Assembly (NCBI GenBank): GCA_951406725.2
Contig: OX597827.1
Location: 44,206,001-44,270,000, forward strand
Source of the DNA: Octopus vulgaris
Taxonomy: Eukaryota
DNA length: 64,000 nucleotides
Direction: 5' to 3'
A program made the translations under genes and the position numbers. Numbering within the stretch: position 1 is the stretch's first letter; each line of letters starts with the position of its first letter. The notes beneath the pieces were generated by a model. That model was not told the origin of the DNA. It saw only the letters and a list, made by a program, of their open reading frames with translations, and searched no databases. Below are positions 39,951-54,825 of this stretch, piece by piece.

Positions 39951-41068
39951 CGGCGAGGGCTGTTGAGCCAAAAGGATGGAAAAATTATTATGAACGCTAG
40001 GAGGACGAGCTTATGAGAGGAGACAGCATAAGCACGTGTAGTCTTTAGGAAGGTAATGGGCAGAAAGATAGATTCTCTTTCGTCACGTGTCAGCGACGAG
40101 AGAGTCGAGGAGGAGGAGTGAGAGAGAGGGAACGGTGAAGAGGAGAGGAAAAGAATAGGGAAGGGTATGAGAGAAAACCAGAAAGGATGAAGAACAAGAG
40201 AGGGAGAGAGATAGACAGAGAAAAGATAGTAAAGATAGAAGAGTGCGCATTGTATGAGAGTGACAGATAGACAGAGACAGAAACAGACAGACAGAGATAG
40301 ACTGAGAAACAGAAACAGAGAGTGACAGAGAGGGGGAGACTGTATACCCAGACGTTGTTGTTGGTTTATAAATGACGAAGAGGGTACTCAATACATGTGA
40401 CAGAATATATGACTTATAGAAGCTGACTGCCATTCTCGCCACTCAAGTTTCATGTCAAAGTAATCGCAGCTCTCACCTGACTTTCATTACGGCGCCAAAC
40501 GAAAGTTCAAGAAAAGAAATTCAGTCGAAAGGAATTATACACACCAACGCACTCACACGCATATATACACGCGCATATATAATATGTGTGCGTGTGTGTG
40601 AATGTGTGTGCGTGCGTCCATATATGTGTGCGTCCGTATGTGTGTGAGTGTATTATATGTGGGCGTCTGCTAAATACGATTCTTTCTTGAGAAATAGTGA
40701 CAGAAAAAATTTCAGTTTTTTTTTTTTTTCCTTTTTTTATTCATTTATTTTTTTTATTTATGTTTCTTTGGGAGAGGAATGCACATCGTGAAATATGGTC
40801 ATTACATTGATTTTAGATGAATATTATTTCCTTTTTATACCACGGCTTCCATTTTCGTGAATGTATGTTTGTATGCATTTATATATCTTTGTACATACGT
40901 ACGTATGCACTGTGTGTACATATGTACGTATGTGTGTACTTGAATGTGTTTACGTATGAGTACGTTTATGTGCGTATGTCTGCATGTAAATTCGTAGCTA
41001 TATATCTTTATGTATGTTTAGTATGTGTATATGTGTGTGTGTTTGTGTGAGTCAGTATGTGTGGAAGT

Positions 41069-41099
<31 letters not shown>

Positions 41100-41149
41100 C
41101 TTATAAATCTGTGCATACATATATATATATATATATATATACATGTATT

Positions 41150-41199
<50 letters not shown>

Positions 41200-41272
41200 T
41201 AGATAGATAGATAGATATATATATACCTACACATATATATTTATATACATATATATAGAGGACTATATATGC

Positions 41273-41311
<39 letters not shown>

Positions 41312-41805
41312 TATATATATATATACATATATATATATGTGTATATGTATGAATGTATATATGTATGTATGTATGCACGTATGTATGTATGTATGATTGT
41401 ATGTATGTATGTATACGCGTATGTGTATGTATAGTTCGCTTCTATTCAGTTTGTCTGCTTTTCTCTATTGGAAATATTGTTTGTTGGTTCGTTCTTTCTT
41501 ATTTCTTTTGTATATTATTAATTGATTTCTTTTTTTCGTGTTCTATTTTTTTTCTATATTATTTTACACTTTAAATACATTTTTCTAATTTGTTATACGT
41601 AGGATTTACAAAAAGAAATTGTGCTTGTAAGGGTGATGGAGCGAAGTGGGAGTGTGGTAATTGTATAAAAACAAAGCAATCATTGAAAACATTTCTAATA
41701 CATATATAAATATATATAGACACAAATAAATATAGGTGTGTACAGTGATATATTTTGTGTATATGAAAACATATGTATGTACGTACATATGTATTTATGT
41801 ATGTA

Positions 41806-41856
<51 letters not shown>

Positions 41857-41870
41857 GCTTATATGCATAT

Positions 41871-41971
<101 letters not shown>

Positions 41972-42098
41972 CTATAAAAAAGTGTAAATATTCTTACAAA
42001 TACATAAATTGATGAAAATATTTAAGGAGGGAAAAAAATAAATGAAGAACTAAATAAACACTGAAGAAGGCAATCTACCAGAAAAACAAAACCGAGCC

Positions 42099-42536
<438 letters not shown>

Positions 42537-42878
42537 GATAATGAATGATAATAATGATGACGAATATGAAACAAAGAAGAAAACGGTTAGTTTAGAAAAT
42601 ACGAAGACGGAGAAAGGAATATTATGCTAAATTAGGGGGAAATATTCCATTGTTGCTGTTTCGTTATCTTCTTTGGAAAGAAATTCCTTCATCGTTTTTT
42701 GTAGCGAGAATATATTTCATGTTGTCCTTATTTTTTTTTCTTATTTTCTCTGGGGTGTTTTTGTGTGTGTTTGTGTGTTTTGTTTGTTTTTTTTTTTTCG
42801 TTTTTAGATTTTTTTTTTCTGCTCTGATTTAGTTTTCTATTTGTGATTTTTTTTCTCGATCTTCTTTTCGCTTTTTTC

Positions 42879-42916
<38 letters not shown>

Positions 42917-42975
42917 TATATACATATATATATATACATATATATGTATACATAATATATACACACACACATATA

Positions 42976-43020
<45 letters not shown>

Positions 43021-44237
43021 CGTGAGATGAGACGCATTCATACTAATATGGAAGATTATACACACGCCTACACAAGCCCACTTACATGCACACACACGTA
43101 CACTTGCACACTCACAAAGACACACACGTACATGCACAGTCTATTTCCCTTTTATTTTGTTATTCTCAGATACCTTTACACGCATACAAACACACACACA
43201 CACACACACAAGAACATGCACACTCACTCGCACACTCACAAAGCCATACACATACACACATAGCTTAATTCTCTTCTTTTTTCCTCAGCTACATTTACGC
43301 ACACACATTCACGAAGAAACGCATATACACACAATATATATCTCTTTATTTTTACTCACATACCTTTATACACATACACTCACACACACACACATACATG
43401 CATACGTACATACATACATACATACATACATACATACATACATCATACATACATACATACATACATGCATACATACACATAGCCGTCCACATCACATACA
43501 CACATACTCGCACGAACATACAAACACATATCCTTCCGCATACGCATAGACACATTCACATAAACATACATACACATACCCGTCCACACGTGCACACATA
43601 TATACACACATATGCACACACTTATCCATCCACACCAACACTGTCTCTCTCTTCCTCCTTCTCTCTCTCTCTCTCTTTCCTTCTCATGTATTCTCACTTC
43701 ACACACGAGCACGCACTTATCCACACACACGCATCCATCGACACAGATGCATGCGTATTCACACGTATCTCACTCTATCGCTTGCTCTCGATACGGGTAT
43801 CGAGAGCAAGCGATAGAGTGAGGTATGTGTGGATACATCCATTCACTCACTTATACATATATACCCTTTCACGTACACGCACACATATATACACAGATAC
43901 ACAGACACGAACACACACGCACACATGCATTAGTTCTGTCTCTTTCTCTATCTCTATCTCTCTATATTTCTCTCTCTCCCTCTCTCCCCTTCTCTATCTC
44001 ACTTCCTCTCTCTTTCTCACACTCTCCATCTCTCCATCACGCTCCTTCCCTTTCTTTCCCGCGTCTTTCCTGTCTCTCTTCTCCCTCTTTTCTTCCATTT
44101 TCCATACGGATACACAAACACAAATGAACAGAAACACACTCATGAGTGCATACACAGCGACGAACACACACAAATATATATTTTTTTTCTAGGTAGGTTT
44201 TACTATAACTTATTTTCTGTATATACAGGCACAAATA

Positions 44238-44325
<88 letters not shown>

Positions 44326-44587
44326 TATACATATATATGTGTATATATATTTATATATGCATATATATATATATATTCATACACATTTACGTTTGCACAC
44401 TTATGCATAAATATATACATATATACAGTAATATATACATGTATACATATATATATACAAGTATATATTCCTATTTATACATATCACATATATGTATATG
44501 AATATATATATACATGTATGTATACATTTATGCATATATATGATATATATGTATAAACATTCACTTACATACATATATGCATGTATG

Positions 44588-44619
<32 letters not shown>

Positions 44620-44664
44620 TTTATAAATATATACATATACAGATATACATATACATGCATTTAC

Positions 44665-44749
<85 letters not shown>

Positions 44750-45035
44750 CATACATACATCCACACAGACGCGCACACACATGCACGCAGAAGCTCACAC
44801 TCACATACACTCCTAGCCACACACTCTCACACACCCCAAAAATCAAATTTCGAAAACAACACAATATGTTTGTACAGCATGTATGTATTACATCGCGCAA
44901 ACAGGAAGGTCGGTTGAGTGAGTATCACATCCGCTATTCAGAATAGCAGCCATCGTCGGTCACAGCTGGGAAAGGACCACATCCCGAATATCCATCTGTT
45001 CAAAGTCTCAGACATGGAAGATATATATAGCATGC

Positions 45036-45120
<85 letters not shown>

Positions 45121-45180
45121 TGTATGTATGTATGCATGTATGCATGTATGTATGCATGTATGTATGCATGTATGTATGTA

Positions 45181-45225
<45 letters not shown>

Positions 45226-45260
45226 GTGTGAATATGTATCTATATATATATATATATATA

Positions 45261-45966
45261 TTAACTGGTGCTAGAGTGATCAATATAGTGACCACTCTCT
45301 TATATTTATTTTGTGAAAATATTATAATATGTTATAAAATATTATAATAATCCAGGTTTCTCGTAGCACTAGGCCACTTGGTGTGGAATAAATATACTAT
45401 TAAATTAGTATCTAATTCTCTCACCCTTATTAATTAATTATAATTATGCTGCATTTATTTCTAAATGCTGTATTTGTTTTCCGTGAGAGTTTGGCGCGCT
45501 GTTGGTTGGGGCATTTGAATTATAACGTCGGATGTAATCAATTGAACCACACGCGTATTTATCGTTATGGTAAAATCTGGCGTGTGATTGAGTGGATTTC
45601 ATCCAGATAGTCTTGGCTGACGAGCTACAAATGGATTATTGTAAGTAATATTACATTTAATTCATTAATAGCGAAACAATTGTCCCAAAATAATCTGTAT
45701 TTTTGTTATTTTTTATTTGCCCTGTCCGTATGAGCTAACAGTCGTACTGGCTTTCATGGGAAACATGTATTTTCGTGGTTGAAACCTTTTGGATTAACTG
45801 GTGCTAGAGTGATCAATATAGTGACCACTCTCTTATATTTATTTTGTGAAAATATTATAATATGTTATAAAATATTATAATAATCCAGGTTTCTCGTAGC
45901 ACTAGGCCACTTGGTGTGGAATAAATATACTATTAAATTAGTATCTAATTCTCTCACCCTTATTAA

Positions 45967-45975
<9 letters not shown>
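45261..45975 (+). mobile_element. hammerhead element: 533-bp monomer with about 180-bp terminal redundancy, between (TA)n tracts
   Basis: 45261-45442 is repeated at 45794-45975. Central hammerhead. The 3' end is ..CTCACCCTTATTAATTAATT(AT)n. Confidence 0.85.
45605..45696 (+). ncRNA. type I hammerhead ribozyme with extended helix II
   Basis: (AGAT..)TTGG-CTGACGA-GCTA..(about 40 nt)..TAGC-GAAA-CAATTG-TC-CCAA(..ATCT); palindromic helix III ACAATTGT; predicted cleavage after 45684. Confidence 0.85.
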
Positions 45976-46057
<82 letters not shown>

Positions 46058-46123
46058 TGTATGTATGTATGTATGTATGTATGTATGCATGTATGTATGC
46101 ATGTATGTATGTATGTATGTGTA

Positions 46124-46180
<57 letters not shown>

Positions 46181-46564
46181 CATATATACATACAGGCATA
46201 GATACATATAGATAGATATGTATGTATTTATATGTGTGTGTGTGTTCGTGTGTATGTATGTATGAATGTAAGTATGTATCTATCTATGTGTGTGTATGTA
46301 TATATTCATTTATATACGTATACTCATACGTAGATGTACGTGTATATATATGTATATATATATATATATGCATGCATACGTATATGAATGTATATACATG
46401 CATACATATATATATATACATATTCACACACACATACACACATACAAACACACACTACATGCAAACATACACACACACTCACACAGAGGACAGGACGAGA
46501 TGGGTGACATATCTGCGTCAACCCTCATATATACATATGTGTGTGTGCGTATTTATGTATAAAT

Positions 46565-46822
46565 GTATGTACGTATTTGACGGGAACGTAAGCAAACTAT
46601 CACCGGTTGTCAAGCAGTGGAGAATAAATACAAACACAGTAACGTAAACACGCGCGCGCATACGAGTGTATAAAACGTTTTTCCTCACAGTTTCCGTCAA
46701 GCAAATTCACTCTCGAGGCATTTGTCGACCCTGGGTCTATACTTGCTTAAGTTGCTGCCCCTTGTAACTGAATCCGAAACCATTCGGTTGCAAAGAACGC
46801 TACTTAAGCACTGAAGCCTGCC
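46565..46822 (-). mobile_element. SINE family B (degenerate)
   Basis: Reverse complement similarity to the head and mid part of 34963-35386. Confidence 0.6.
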
Positions 46823-47023
46823 CCTCTATAGTATAGATCTTTTTCGATATTAATGTCGTTCAGACACAGTCTTTCGCTATGCAACCGTAATACAATACGA
46901 AGTATATTAAACGCTTTTATAAGTCAATAATGCTGTGTTCTCTTGTGTTAGCATTGCTATTACATCACTGAAATTTTGGTCCGTCATCAGCACCCATCCA
47001 ACTCATTAACCATCCATGAACTC

Positions 47024-47238
47024 TGTTGTGTGGAAGTAGAACACCCCTATTTGGTTGGCTCCTAATGGACTGTGCCACAATATAAATAGACATGCGCAGA
47101 GTGTCGGTGAGCTGTGTAAAGCCGAGAGTTGCGTATTGTCGAGTGTAATTACAAGTATTGTGCATCTTTGAGTAGAACGATTTGCGAGGACGTTATTTAT
47201 TATCCCGTTATATCGGACGTCGAACGTGCGATACAACA
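47024..47238 (+). mobile_element. candidate solo LTR
   Basis: TGTTGTGT...ATACAACA termini, internal ATATAAATA box, flanked by AACTC/AACAC (imperfect 5-bp TSD). Confidence 0.4.
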
Positions 47239-47392
47239 AACACATTGTTTAAACTGCCACTAAACAAAGCTATGTAACATTACTGGATATACCAATAGTA
47301 CATATTGAACACATTCCTGGAAGCTGGTACGTAAATATTAATGGCGCGTAGGGACACAGTATTTTGTTATATAACCATAATATACTACAAGG

Positions 47393-47952
47393 TATTGTAT
47401 TGTCCGGAAAGTTCATGCCGATTTTTAAATGAATGAAAAAGGTCAATAAATACTTGCCATTACATTTTTAATCAACCAAATATGAACCATTTTGTTGTAC
47501 AATGCGTCTCCTTTAACTTGAAAATACCCTCTTCCCAGAATTGAAGTGGTTTCATGGCAAAGAATTCATCAAGGTATCTTTTTACGTCATCCAAGGAATT
47601 GAAATTTTTACCATTAAGACTATTCTGCAGAGACCTGAATAAGTAGAAATCCGAAGGAGCAACCTGGTGAGTATTGTGGGTGGAGTAGCACATCCCAACC
47701 GAGCTACAGCAATTTTTGTCTGGTTCCCAAAGCATCAAGAGCCGAAAATGAACTTTCTTATCTTTCATTTTAAAGGGTTACAGAATTAACACAGGTTATA
47801 GGAACATAAACCTTCTTCCACGAAAAGTTAGCTTAAACTGTGCTCTAAATGGAGGTGTAGTCAAAACCTATTTTATGGACTCAACCTTGTTCTAAAATAA
47901 GTCGAAAGGTAAGCTACTATAAATTGGCACGAACTTTCCGGACAACCCAATA
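47393..47952 (-). mobile_element. internally deleted mariner (DD34D-type) element
   Basis: TIRs TATTG..TTGTCCGGAAAGTTC.TGCC.ATTT at both ends. The ORF joins the N-terminus MKDKKVHFRLLMLWE to APSDFYLFRSLQNSLNGKNF..FWEEGIFKL. Confidence 0.85.
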
Positions 47953-48019
47953 TACTAAACATTTTTATAAGTCAACAATACTTTGCTCTATTGTATTAGC
48001 ACGGATATTAAATCACTTG

Positions 48020-48357
48020 TTATTGTTTTCAGTCGCGGTTGTTTGTCTGTGGACAAAATATCTCAAGAACCACTGTGATGGATTCGGATTAAACTTTCAA
48101 GGATGTTTGGCCTCGTGACTGGCACGAACTGATTACATTTTGGGATCGATCCAGTGCCGGACAAGGATTCTGGATTATTTTTCCGGTTCTTTTTATTTAA
48201 TTTTTGAGAGCGGTCGGGTTCGCTTTTAGCATTCTCGTTTGTAACAGCAATCGAGTTTCTTTCGGATATTCTCATTTTAAAAATCATCTCTGGCTAATCG
48301 TAGAGAGGACGTTGGTATTGCCTTAGCTGAAGTTTGCGCTCTCTGAGTGTTCTTGTT
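48020..48357 (+). mobile_element. Helentron-associated (HINE-like) element
   Basis: TATTGTTTTCAGTC..GTTTGTCTGTGGACAA.ATATCTCAAGAACC..TTTGCGCTCTCTGAGTG.TCTTGTT; homologous to 36630-36750. Confidence 0.6.
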
Positions 48358-48687
48358 AAGGTTATTTCTACAGATTATTCACTTGGTCGCTTGTTACTTT
48401 TCTTGTTACGTTCATCGGTTCGCAGTGTCGTCTGTCCAGTGTCTGTGACCGAAGAGAAGATAACTACTCCGAAATGCTGCATCTCAGTCTGGAGAGAGGG
48501 CGCTGCGAACTGATGTAGGTGTATTAACATCATTGTCAACAGTGAGAAATTTTCTTCATGACGAAACACAGCAAATGCCTTGTTTATTAATCCAAACGTG
48601 CCACAAACCTATTTGAACTAGCAGTAATATTGCATTGTTAGTTTTCTGTTTTCTCTGTTCATAATCTGCTTCGTGAACAGCTAGACT

Positions 48688-48920
48688 TATGGGCTAATGG
48701 CTATGGAGTTGCGCTCACGATCGCAAGCCCATGGTTTCGATTCCCGTCCGGGCGGCGCGTTGTGTTTTTGAGCAAACACTGCATTTTACATTGTCCCAGT
48801 TCAAGTTGAACCGTAAATGATTAACCCTGTGACCGACTGGAATTCCGTTTGGAATTTATTTTCCGATCTTGCTCACTAATACGCTATAGAAAACGAGTAA
48901 CCGGTCCTATGACCCTAAGT
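48688..48920 (+). mobile_element. SINE family C (degenerate)
   Basis: GGTTTCGATTCC..GGGCGGCGCGTTGTGTTTTTGAGCAAA..GACTGG. Confidence 0.6.
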
Positions 48921-49316
48921 GCTCGAACTTCTAATGCCAATGTCCATAATCAACTTGCCCCTCATCTCTCTATTTCCTACGTATTCTACCCAAACACTTC
49001 GATATCATGGACAAGACTTTCCGTCATAAGCACGCACATACACACTGCTCACTTCCTTTACTCTACACACTCTTTCTCTCTTTCTTTGTCTCTGTCTCTC
49101 TCTGTGGAAGTTATAAGGTGATACACAAGCACTACGCTCTGCGTGCATTGCATTCTACAGTTGAATAGTAGAAACAGTTGTAAGCTAATGACATAATTTC
49201 TTATTTCCTTATCATTTATATAATATTTTATTACTACTCCGTACTCGACAAACACTTTCGTCTGAAGCATATCTATATTGAATTCTGACACCAGGTTCTT
49301 TAGCAACATTAATGTG

Positions 49317-49407
<91 letters not shown>

Positions 49408-49590
49408 ATGGGTAGACAGTCACAAATTTATATACAATTTCGTGAGCTATATAACCATTATTTATTTAACCATTATATAAAGTCTTGTGCCAACAAAACG
49501 TTTGTCGAATAAGATTTTCATGACTAAAGCTTTTTCTTTTTCTTTCGCTTTAACAGCAATGTATGTGAGAGAGAGACAGACAGAGTATAC

Positions 49591-49658
<68 letters not shown>

Positions 49659-49706
49659 TATATATGTATATATATATATATATATACGAACACGTATATG
49701 TATATA

Positions 49707-49738
<32 letters not shown>

Positions 49739-49881
49739 CATATGCATATATATATGCATGCATACATATATATATATATATATACATACATCTATATATG
49801 ATGATGATATATATATGCATATATATGCATTTATATATATATATATATTTGCATATCTTTATATAATATATATATAATATA

Positions 49882-49930
<49 letters not shown>

Positions 49931-50498
49931 GTGCGTATATCATATATATATATATATATATATACATATATGCATATATATATATTAAAAAAAAAATATA
50001 TATATATATGCATATATAAGGCGTGCTGTGCTTAACAGCAAGCAGGTTTTGTTGTATACTTCCGGTATATCAATATGGCTTCATTTCGCTGTTATAATTC
50101 ACCAGAAAGAACTTGTTTTCGTGATGGCATTTCGATATTATTTCCGGTCGACGTTTGTTATTTTTGTTTTTGCTTTCTCTTTCAGTTTTTTCCTTTTTTT
50201 TTTTTGTTTCAAAATCTTGAAATGCTGCATTATAAAAAAAAGAAAATAGTTTTCCCAAGTAAGCAGATTGCTTTGTTCCATACGTGTGTATGTATTATTC
50301 CATATATATATACATACGTGTATATATGCACACACGTACACATATATATGTATGTATGTATATATATGTGTGAGAGAGACTAAGAGTGAGAGAGACTAAG
50401 GGCGGTAAAGGTAATCTCAACTATAGACAACTCTTGTATTTCACGTTGCCGATTTTCAAGTAATATAAAATGAAATAAAATGAAACATTTCTGATGTA

Positions 50499-50548
<50 letters not shown>

Positions 50549-50699
50549 TGTGTGTGTGTATTTGTGTGCATACATATCTATGTATATGTACGTATGTATG
50601 TATGTATGTATGTATGTATGTATGTATGTATGTATGTATGTGTGTATGTATGTATGTGCGTGTATATATATGTTGAGTGACAGAGTGGGCGGTACAGGT

Positions 50700-50737
<38 letters not shown>

Positions 50738-50966
50738 TTTTTATACTTTTTGATAGTTATATATAATTTTAAAAAATTTTAATAAAAAAAAATTATAAAT
50801 ATAAATATTAATATAAATTAATAATTTTAAATTTAAATAATTTAAATTTTAAATTGTATATTTTATATATTTTGTAAATTATATTAATTATTTTTATTTC
50901 TATATTTTGGTTTATGTTTTTCACTGTTTAATTTGCCTAATAGTGGTTTTATCTCTAATTTAATTG

Positions 50967-50997
<31 letters not shown>

Positions 50998-51000
50998 TAT

Positions 51001-51581
51001 AATAAGAGTGGCTTGTTAGCAATTTTTTCAACCGTAAGGCAAAAATATAAAACAGTCACTAAAGCGACTAAGGACGTTATTCAGCACCGGTACTGCTAGA
51101 AATGTGAGCCAAAACAACTCATAGCGACAATGAGCACCATCATATTGACTGACAAGGGAGGTAAGCTCCCTAAGCACCTGGCATAGCCAGATCACCAGTG
51201 ATTTTGCATTTACATTAATGCTCGTAAGTGGCTTTTACCGGCGTCTCGGGTTAAATTCGACTCTCTTTGTCAGCTTATAAGATCACCGTAGAAACCGTAC
51301 GCTAGTTTCATAAATGGCAAAGGTCTAACATAAAAATAATAAGTATTCCAAGAAATTATTTATAATTTACATCTTTACCATTTATGAAATCAGCGAATGA
51401 TTTCTATGGTGATCTTAGAAGATGACAATGCGAGTTGAGTTTAACCCAAGGCGCCGGTAAGAGCCACTAACGACAATGTGAATGCGAAATCGCTGGTGAT
51501 TCGGCTGTACCGGTGCTCAGGGAGCTTGCTGCCCTTGTCATTCAATAAGATATTGATTATCGTGGCTATGAATTGTTTTGA

Positions 51582-51587
<6 letters not shown>
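51001..51587 (-). mobile_element. (TA)n-flanked element containing an about 480-nt imperfect rod-like inverted repeat
   Basis: Arms about 51107-51324 and 51371-51583 are roughly 75-80% complementary (by eye). Shares TTTTGGCT..ATTTCTAG and a 3'-terminal GCCACTCTTATT with the hammerhead elements. Confidence 0.65.
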
Positions 51588-51638
<51 letters not shown>

Positions 51639-51639
<1 letters not shown>

Positions 51640-51966
51640 GGAGATGTACTTGCATAGCAAGTGACCTGATCTGAGATCGTGTGCTGGATCGAAAACAATT
51701 GCAACGTGGATGGTGTTTATAAGCCATTTCAGAAACACAAAAACCGTCAGATTCACTTCAACATTTAAATTTAATTTGTCAAAATATTTTCGTCGCTTTG
51801 AGACCACCACCTTTTCTCTGACAAAACAGAGATGCAGCACAGAAATTTGTCTGTGAACAGGTCGCGGTCTCAAAGTGACGAAAATATTTTGACAAATTAA
51901 ATTTAAATGTTAAAGTGAATCTAACGATTTTTGTGTTTATTAAATGGCTTATAAACACGCTGCAAT
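51639..51966. mobile_element. (TA)n-flanked fold-back element with hammerhead-like variant motif (51844-51898, +)
   Basis: Inverted arms about 51714-51826 and 51846-51958. Motif AATTTGTC-tgtgaacag-GTCGC..GTGAC-GAAA-ATATTTT-GACAAATT. Confidence 0.6.
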
Positions 51967-51975
51967 TATATATAT

Positions 51976-52349
51976 ACTAGCAGTATCGCCCGGCGTTGCT
52001 CAGGTTTGTAAGGGAAATAACTATAAAGCATTTTTAGAGAGTTATAGCCAAAAAATAGCAAAAAAATGGAAAAAAAATGATGGTAAATTTTTTTGAGAGT
52101 TAAAAAGGTGGAGTTGCGTCCCCTAGACGGTCTGTGGTTTGGGTTTCTGATTCTCGACCCCATGTCGAATTTATCGATTTTTTTCAGAACTGGGGGAACT
52201 TTTCAAAATTTTCGCTGCGTTAGTTTTGAATTATGACATTGGGCTATGTGTGTGTCAAGTTTCATCAGAATCGGTTGAAAGCCGTGGTCAGAGTGAGGGT
52301 ACGAGAAAACAGACACACAGAAAACTCACAGACAAACTGCCGTTTATAT

Positions 52350-52352
<3 letters not shown>
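51976..52352 (+). mobile_element. Helitron/Helentron-associated non-autonomous element
   Basis: Same ACTAGCAGTATCGCCCGGCGTTGCTC terminus as 23051; internal AAGTTTCATCAGAATCGG. Confidence 0.65.
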
Positions 52353-52391
<39 letters not shown>

Positions 52392-53170
52392 AGAGTTTAC
52401 GAAGAAATCAAAAGTTGTGGTGGTGGTGATGGTGGTGCTTTTGGAGCTGGTCGTGTGACTTCATTTCCTTGGTAGTGGTTGCGGCGGCGCTTCCGCTGCT
52501 ACTGCTGCTGATGATAATGATGACGGTGATAGTGATGGCGGCGCTGGTGGTGGTGCTGGTGATGGTGGTGGTGGTTGTGGTTGTGGTTGTGGTTGTGGTG
52601 ATGGTGGTGGTCGTGGTGGTGGTCGTGGTGGTGGTCGTCGTGGTGGTGGTCGTCGTGTTGTTGTTGTTGGTGGTGGTGGTGTTGTTGTTGGTGGTGGTGT
52701 TGTTGTTGGTGGTTGTGTTGTTGTTGGTGGTGGTGGTGAGGGTAATGATGGTGATGGTAGATCTGGTGGTGATAATGGTGCTGATGATGGTAGCGGTGGT
52801 AGTGGTGATGGTAGTAGTAGTATGCTCAGTATTGGTAGTGATAGTGGTGTTGCTGTTTGTGGTAGTGGAAGTAGTGGTGGTGAAGTAGAAGCGGAGGTGG
52901 TGGTAGAGCTGCAATTACTAATGATGATGATGAAAGTGGCCGGGTGGATGGGTTGATGGTCGAACCAGGTGGCGTGTTTAAAGTGTACTGCTCAAATTTC
53001 TAAACAATAACTGCCAAGCCAGCCGTACCCGGATGGATAGGTATCTACTGGGACTAGTTCCGTACATAAACGGGTGAATGGAGTCCAAATTATCAAATTA
53101 TCCTCATTAAACAAGGAATGTTAATTAGGATATTCCTGGGCCACAGCTGGCCTCGATCCTCAACTGGCTG

Positions 53171-53208
<38 letters not shown>

Positions 53209-53374
53209 ACACGCACACACACACACACACACATAGTTATAAGCTTTCACCCGGGTTCGATTCCAACGCGTGCTAATGCCCGTTTTTTTCCCCGTTGGGT
53301 GTTTATATACCCTAATATTAGACTATTGTGAATTTAATCATGTAGACTCTATATTTACAATATGTAAATATACA

Positions 53375-53540
53375 GACGCAAATGTGGATGTGTGGTAAGA
53401 ATCTTCCTTCTCAACCACATCGTTCCAGGTTCAGTCCCACTGCGTGGCACCTTGGTCAAGTGTCTTCTATTATAACCTCGGGCCGACCAAAACTTTGTGA
53501 GTGGATTTGGCAGACGGAAACTGAAAGAATCCCGTCGTAT
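53375..53540 (+). mobile_element. SINE family B 5' half
   Basis: Homology to 34963-35125. Confidence 0.8.
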
Positions 53541-53558
53541 ATGTATGGTGCTGGGTAT

Positions 53559-53650
<92 letters not shown>

Positions 53651-53654
53651 TGTA

Positions 53655-53709
<55 letters not shown>

Positions 53710-54074
53710 TAATAATAGTCCTGGGATGGAATTTATAAACCTTTAATGCATCGCCACGCGCGTTTGCACAAACCACACAACTCTTAAGATCGTAGTCCGT
53801 ATTTCTGGGATGATTACAGTGAGTCCGTAGTATCCGGGTGTATCGGGTTGATCAACTTTACGGATTCATTTCTTCAAGCGATATCACATCTTAACCTTCA
53901 TACTGGGAAAAAGAGATAAACATCCCTCTATTGTACAACCACTAATGCGATATCGCCTGAAGAAATGAACCCCTAAAATGCAACCCCGAAAAACTGGTTC
54001 ATGAGTCAGCATCATTAGACTGTGGCCGGCATAATGGAATAGCAACTTTATCTGCATATTCAACACGTTTCCTC

Positions 54075-54468
54075 GCAGAAACGTTAGCACGCCGGGCGAA
54101 ATGCTTAGCGGTATTTCGTCTGCCGCTACGTTCTGAGTTCTAATTCTGCCGAGGTAGACTTTGCCTTTCATCCTTTCGGGGTCGATAAATTAAGTACCAG
54201 TTACGCACTGGGGTCGATGTAATCAGCTTAATACCTTTGTCTGTCCTTGTTTGTCCCCGCTATGTGGGTAATAAAGAAATAAGTATTTCCTCTGTCGCTA
54301 CGTTCTGAGTTCAAATTCTGCCGAGGTCGACTTTGCCTTTCATCCTTTCGGAGTTCGATAAATTAAGTACCAGTTACGCACTGGGGTCGATGTAATCGAC
54401 TTAATCCCTTTATCTGTCCTTGTTTGTCTCCTCTATGTTTAGCCCCTTGTGGGCAAGAAAGAAATAAG
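54075..54468 (+). mobile_element. tandem SINE family A dimer
   Basis: Two consecutive copies (54075-54281, 54282-54468), same architecture as 19601-20000. Confidence 0.85.
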
Positions 54469-54469
54469 G

Positions 54470-54825
54470 AGCTTACTTGTCATAGATGCAGCTTTGCTTG
54501 GGTTCAATCTCACTGCGCTGCACCTTGGGTACATGTCTTACACTATATCTCCGGGCCAACGAATGCCTTTTGAGTGGATTTGGCGGACGGAACTGTATGT
54601 GTGTGTGTGTATAACTATGTGCGTGTATGTTTGTGTGTGTACTTGTGTTTATCCACCTGCAGCTCTTGCTTACGTCTCTGTAACCTAGCAGTTCATCAAT
54701 AAGATACCGATAGATTAAGTACCAAACTTTAAAATATAATACGACTTGTTCGACTAAAACCCTTAAAGGCAGTGCTCCAGCTTGGCCACAGTCCAAAGAC
54801 TGAAACAAGTAAAGGCTAAAAGATA
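54470..54825 (+). mobile_element. SINE family B (degenerate)
   Basis: Homology to 34963-35386. Confidence 0.7.

Noticed and set aside
48375-48569. 64-aa minus-strand ORF in unique sequence
   Set aside because: No recognisable domain; at most a faint LINE RT remnant.
50735-50965. Extremely AT-rich stretch
   Set aside because: Low complexity, possibly low-quality assembly; no structure can be supported.
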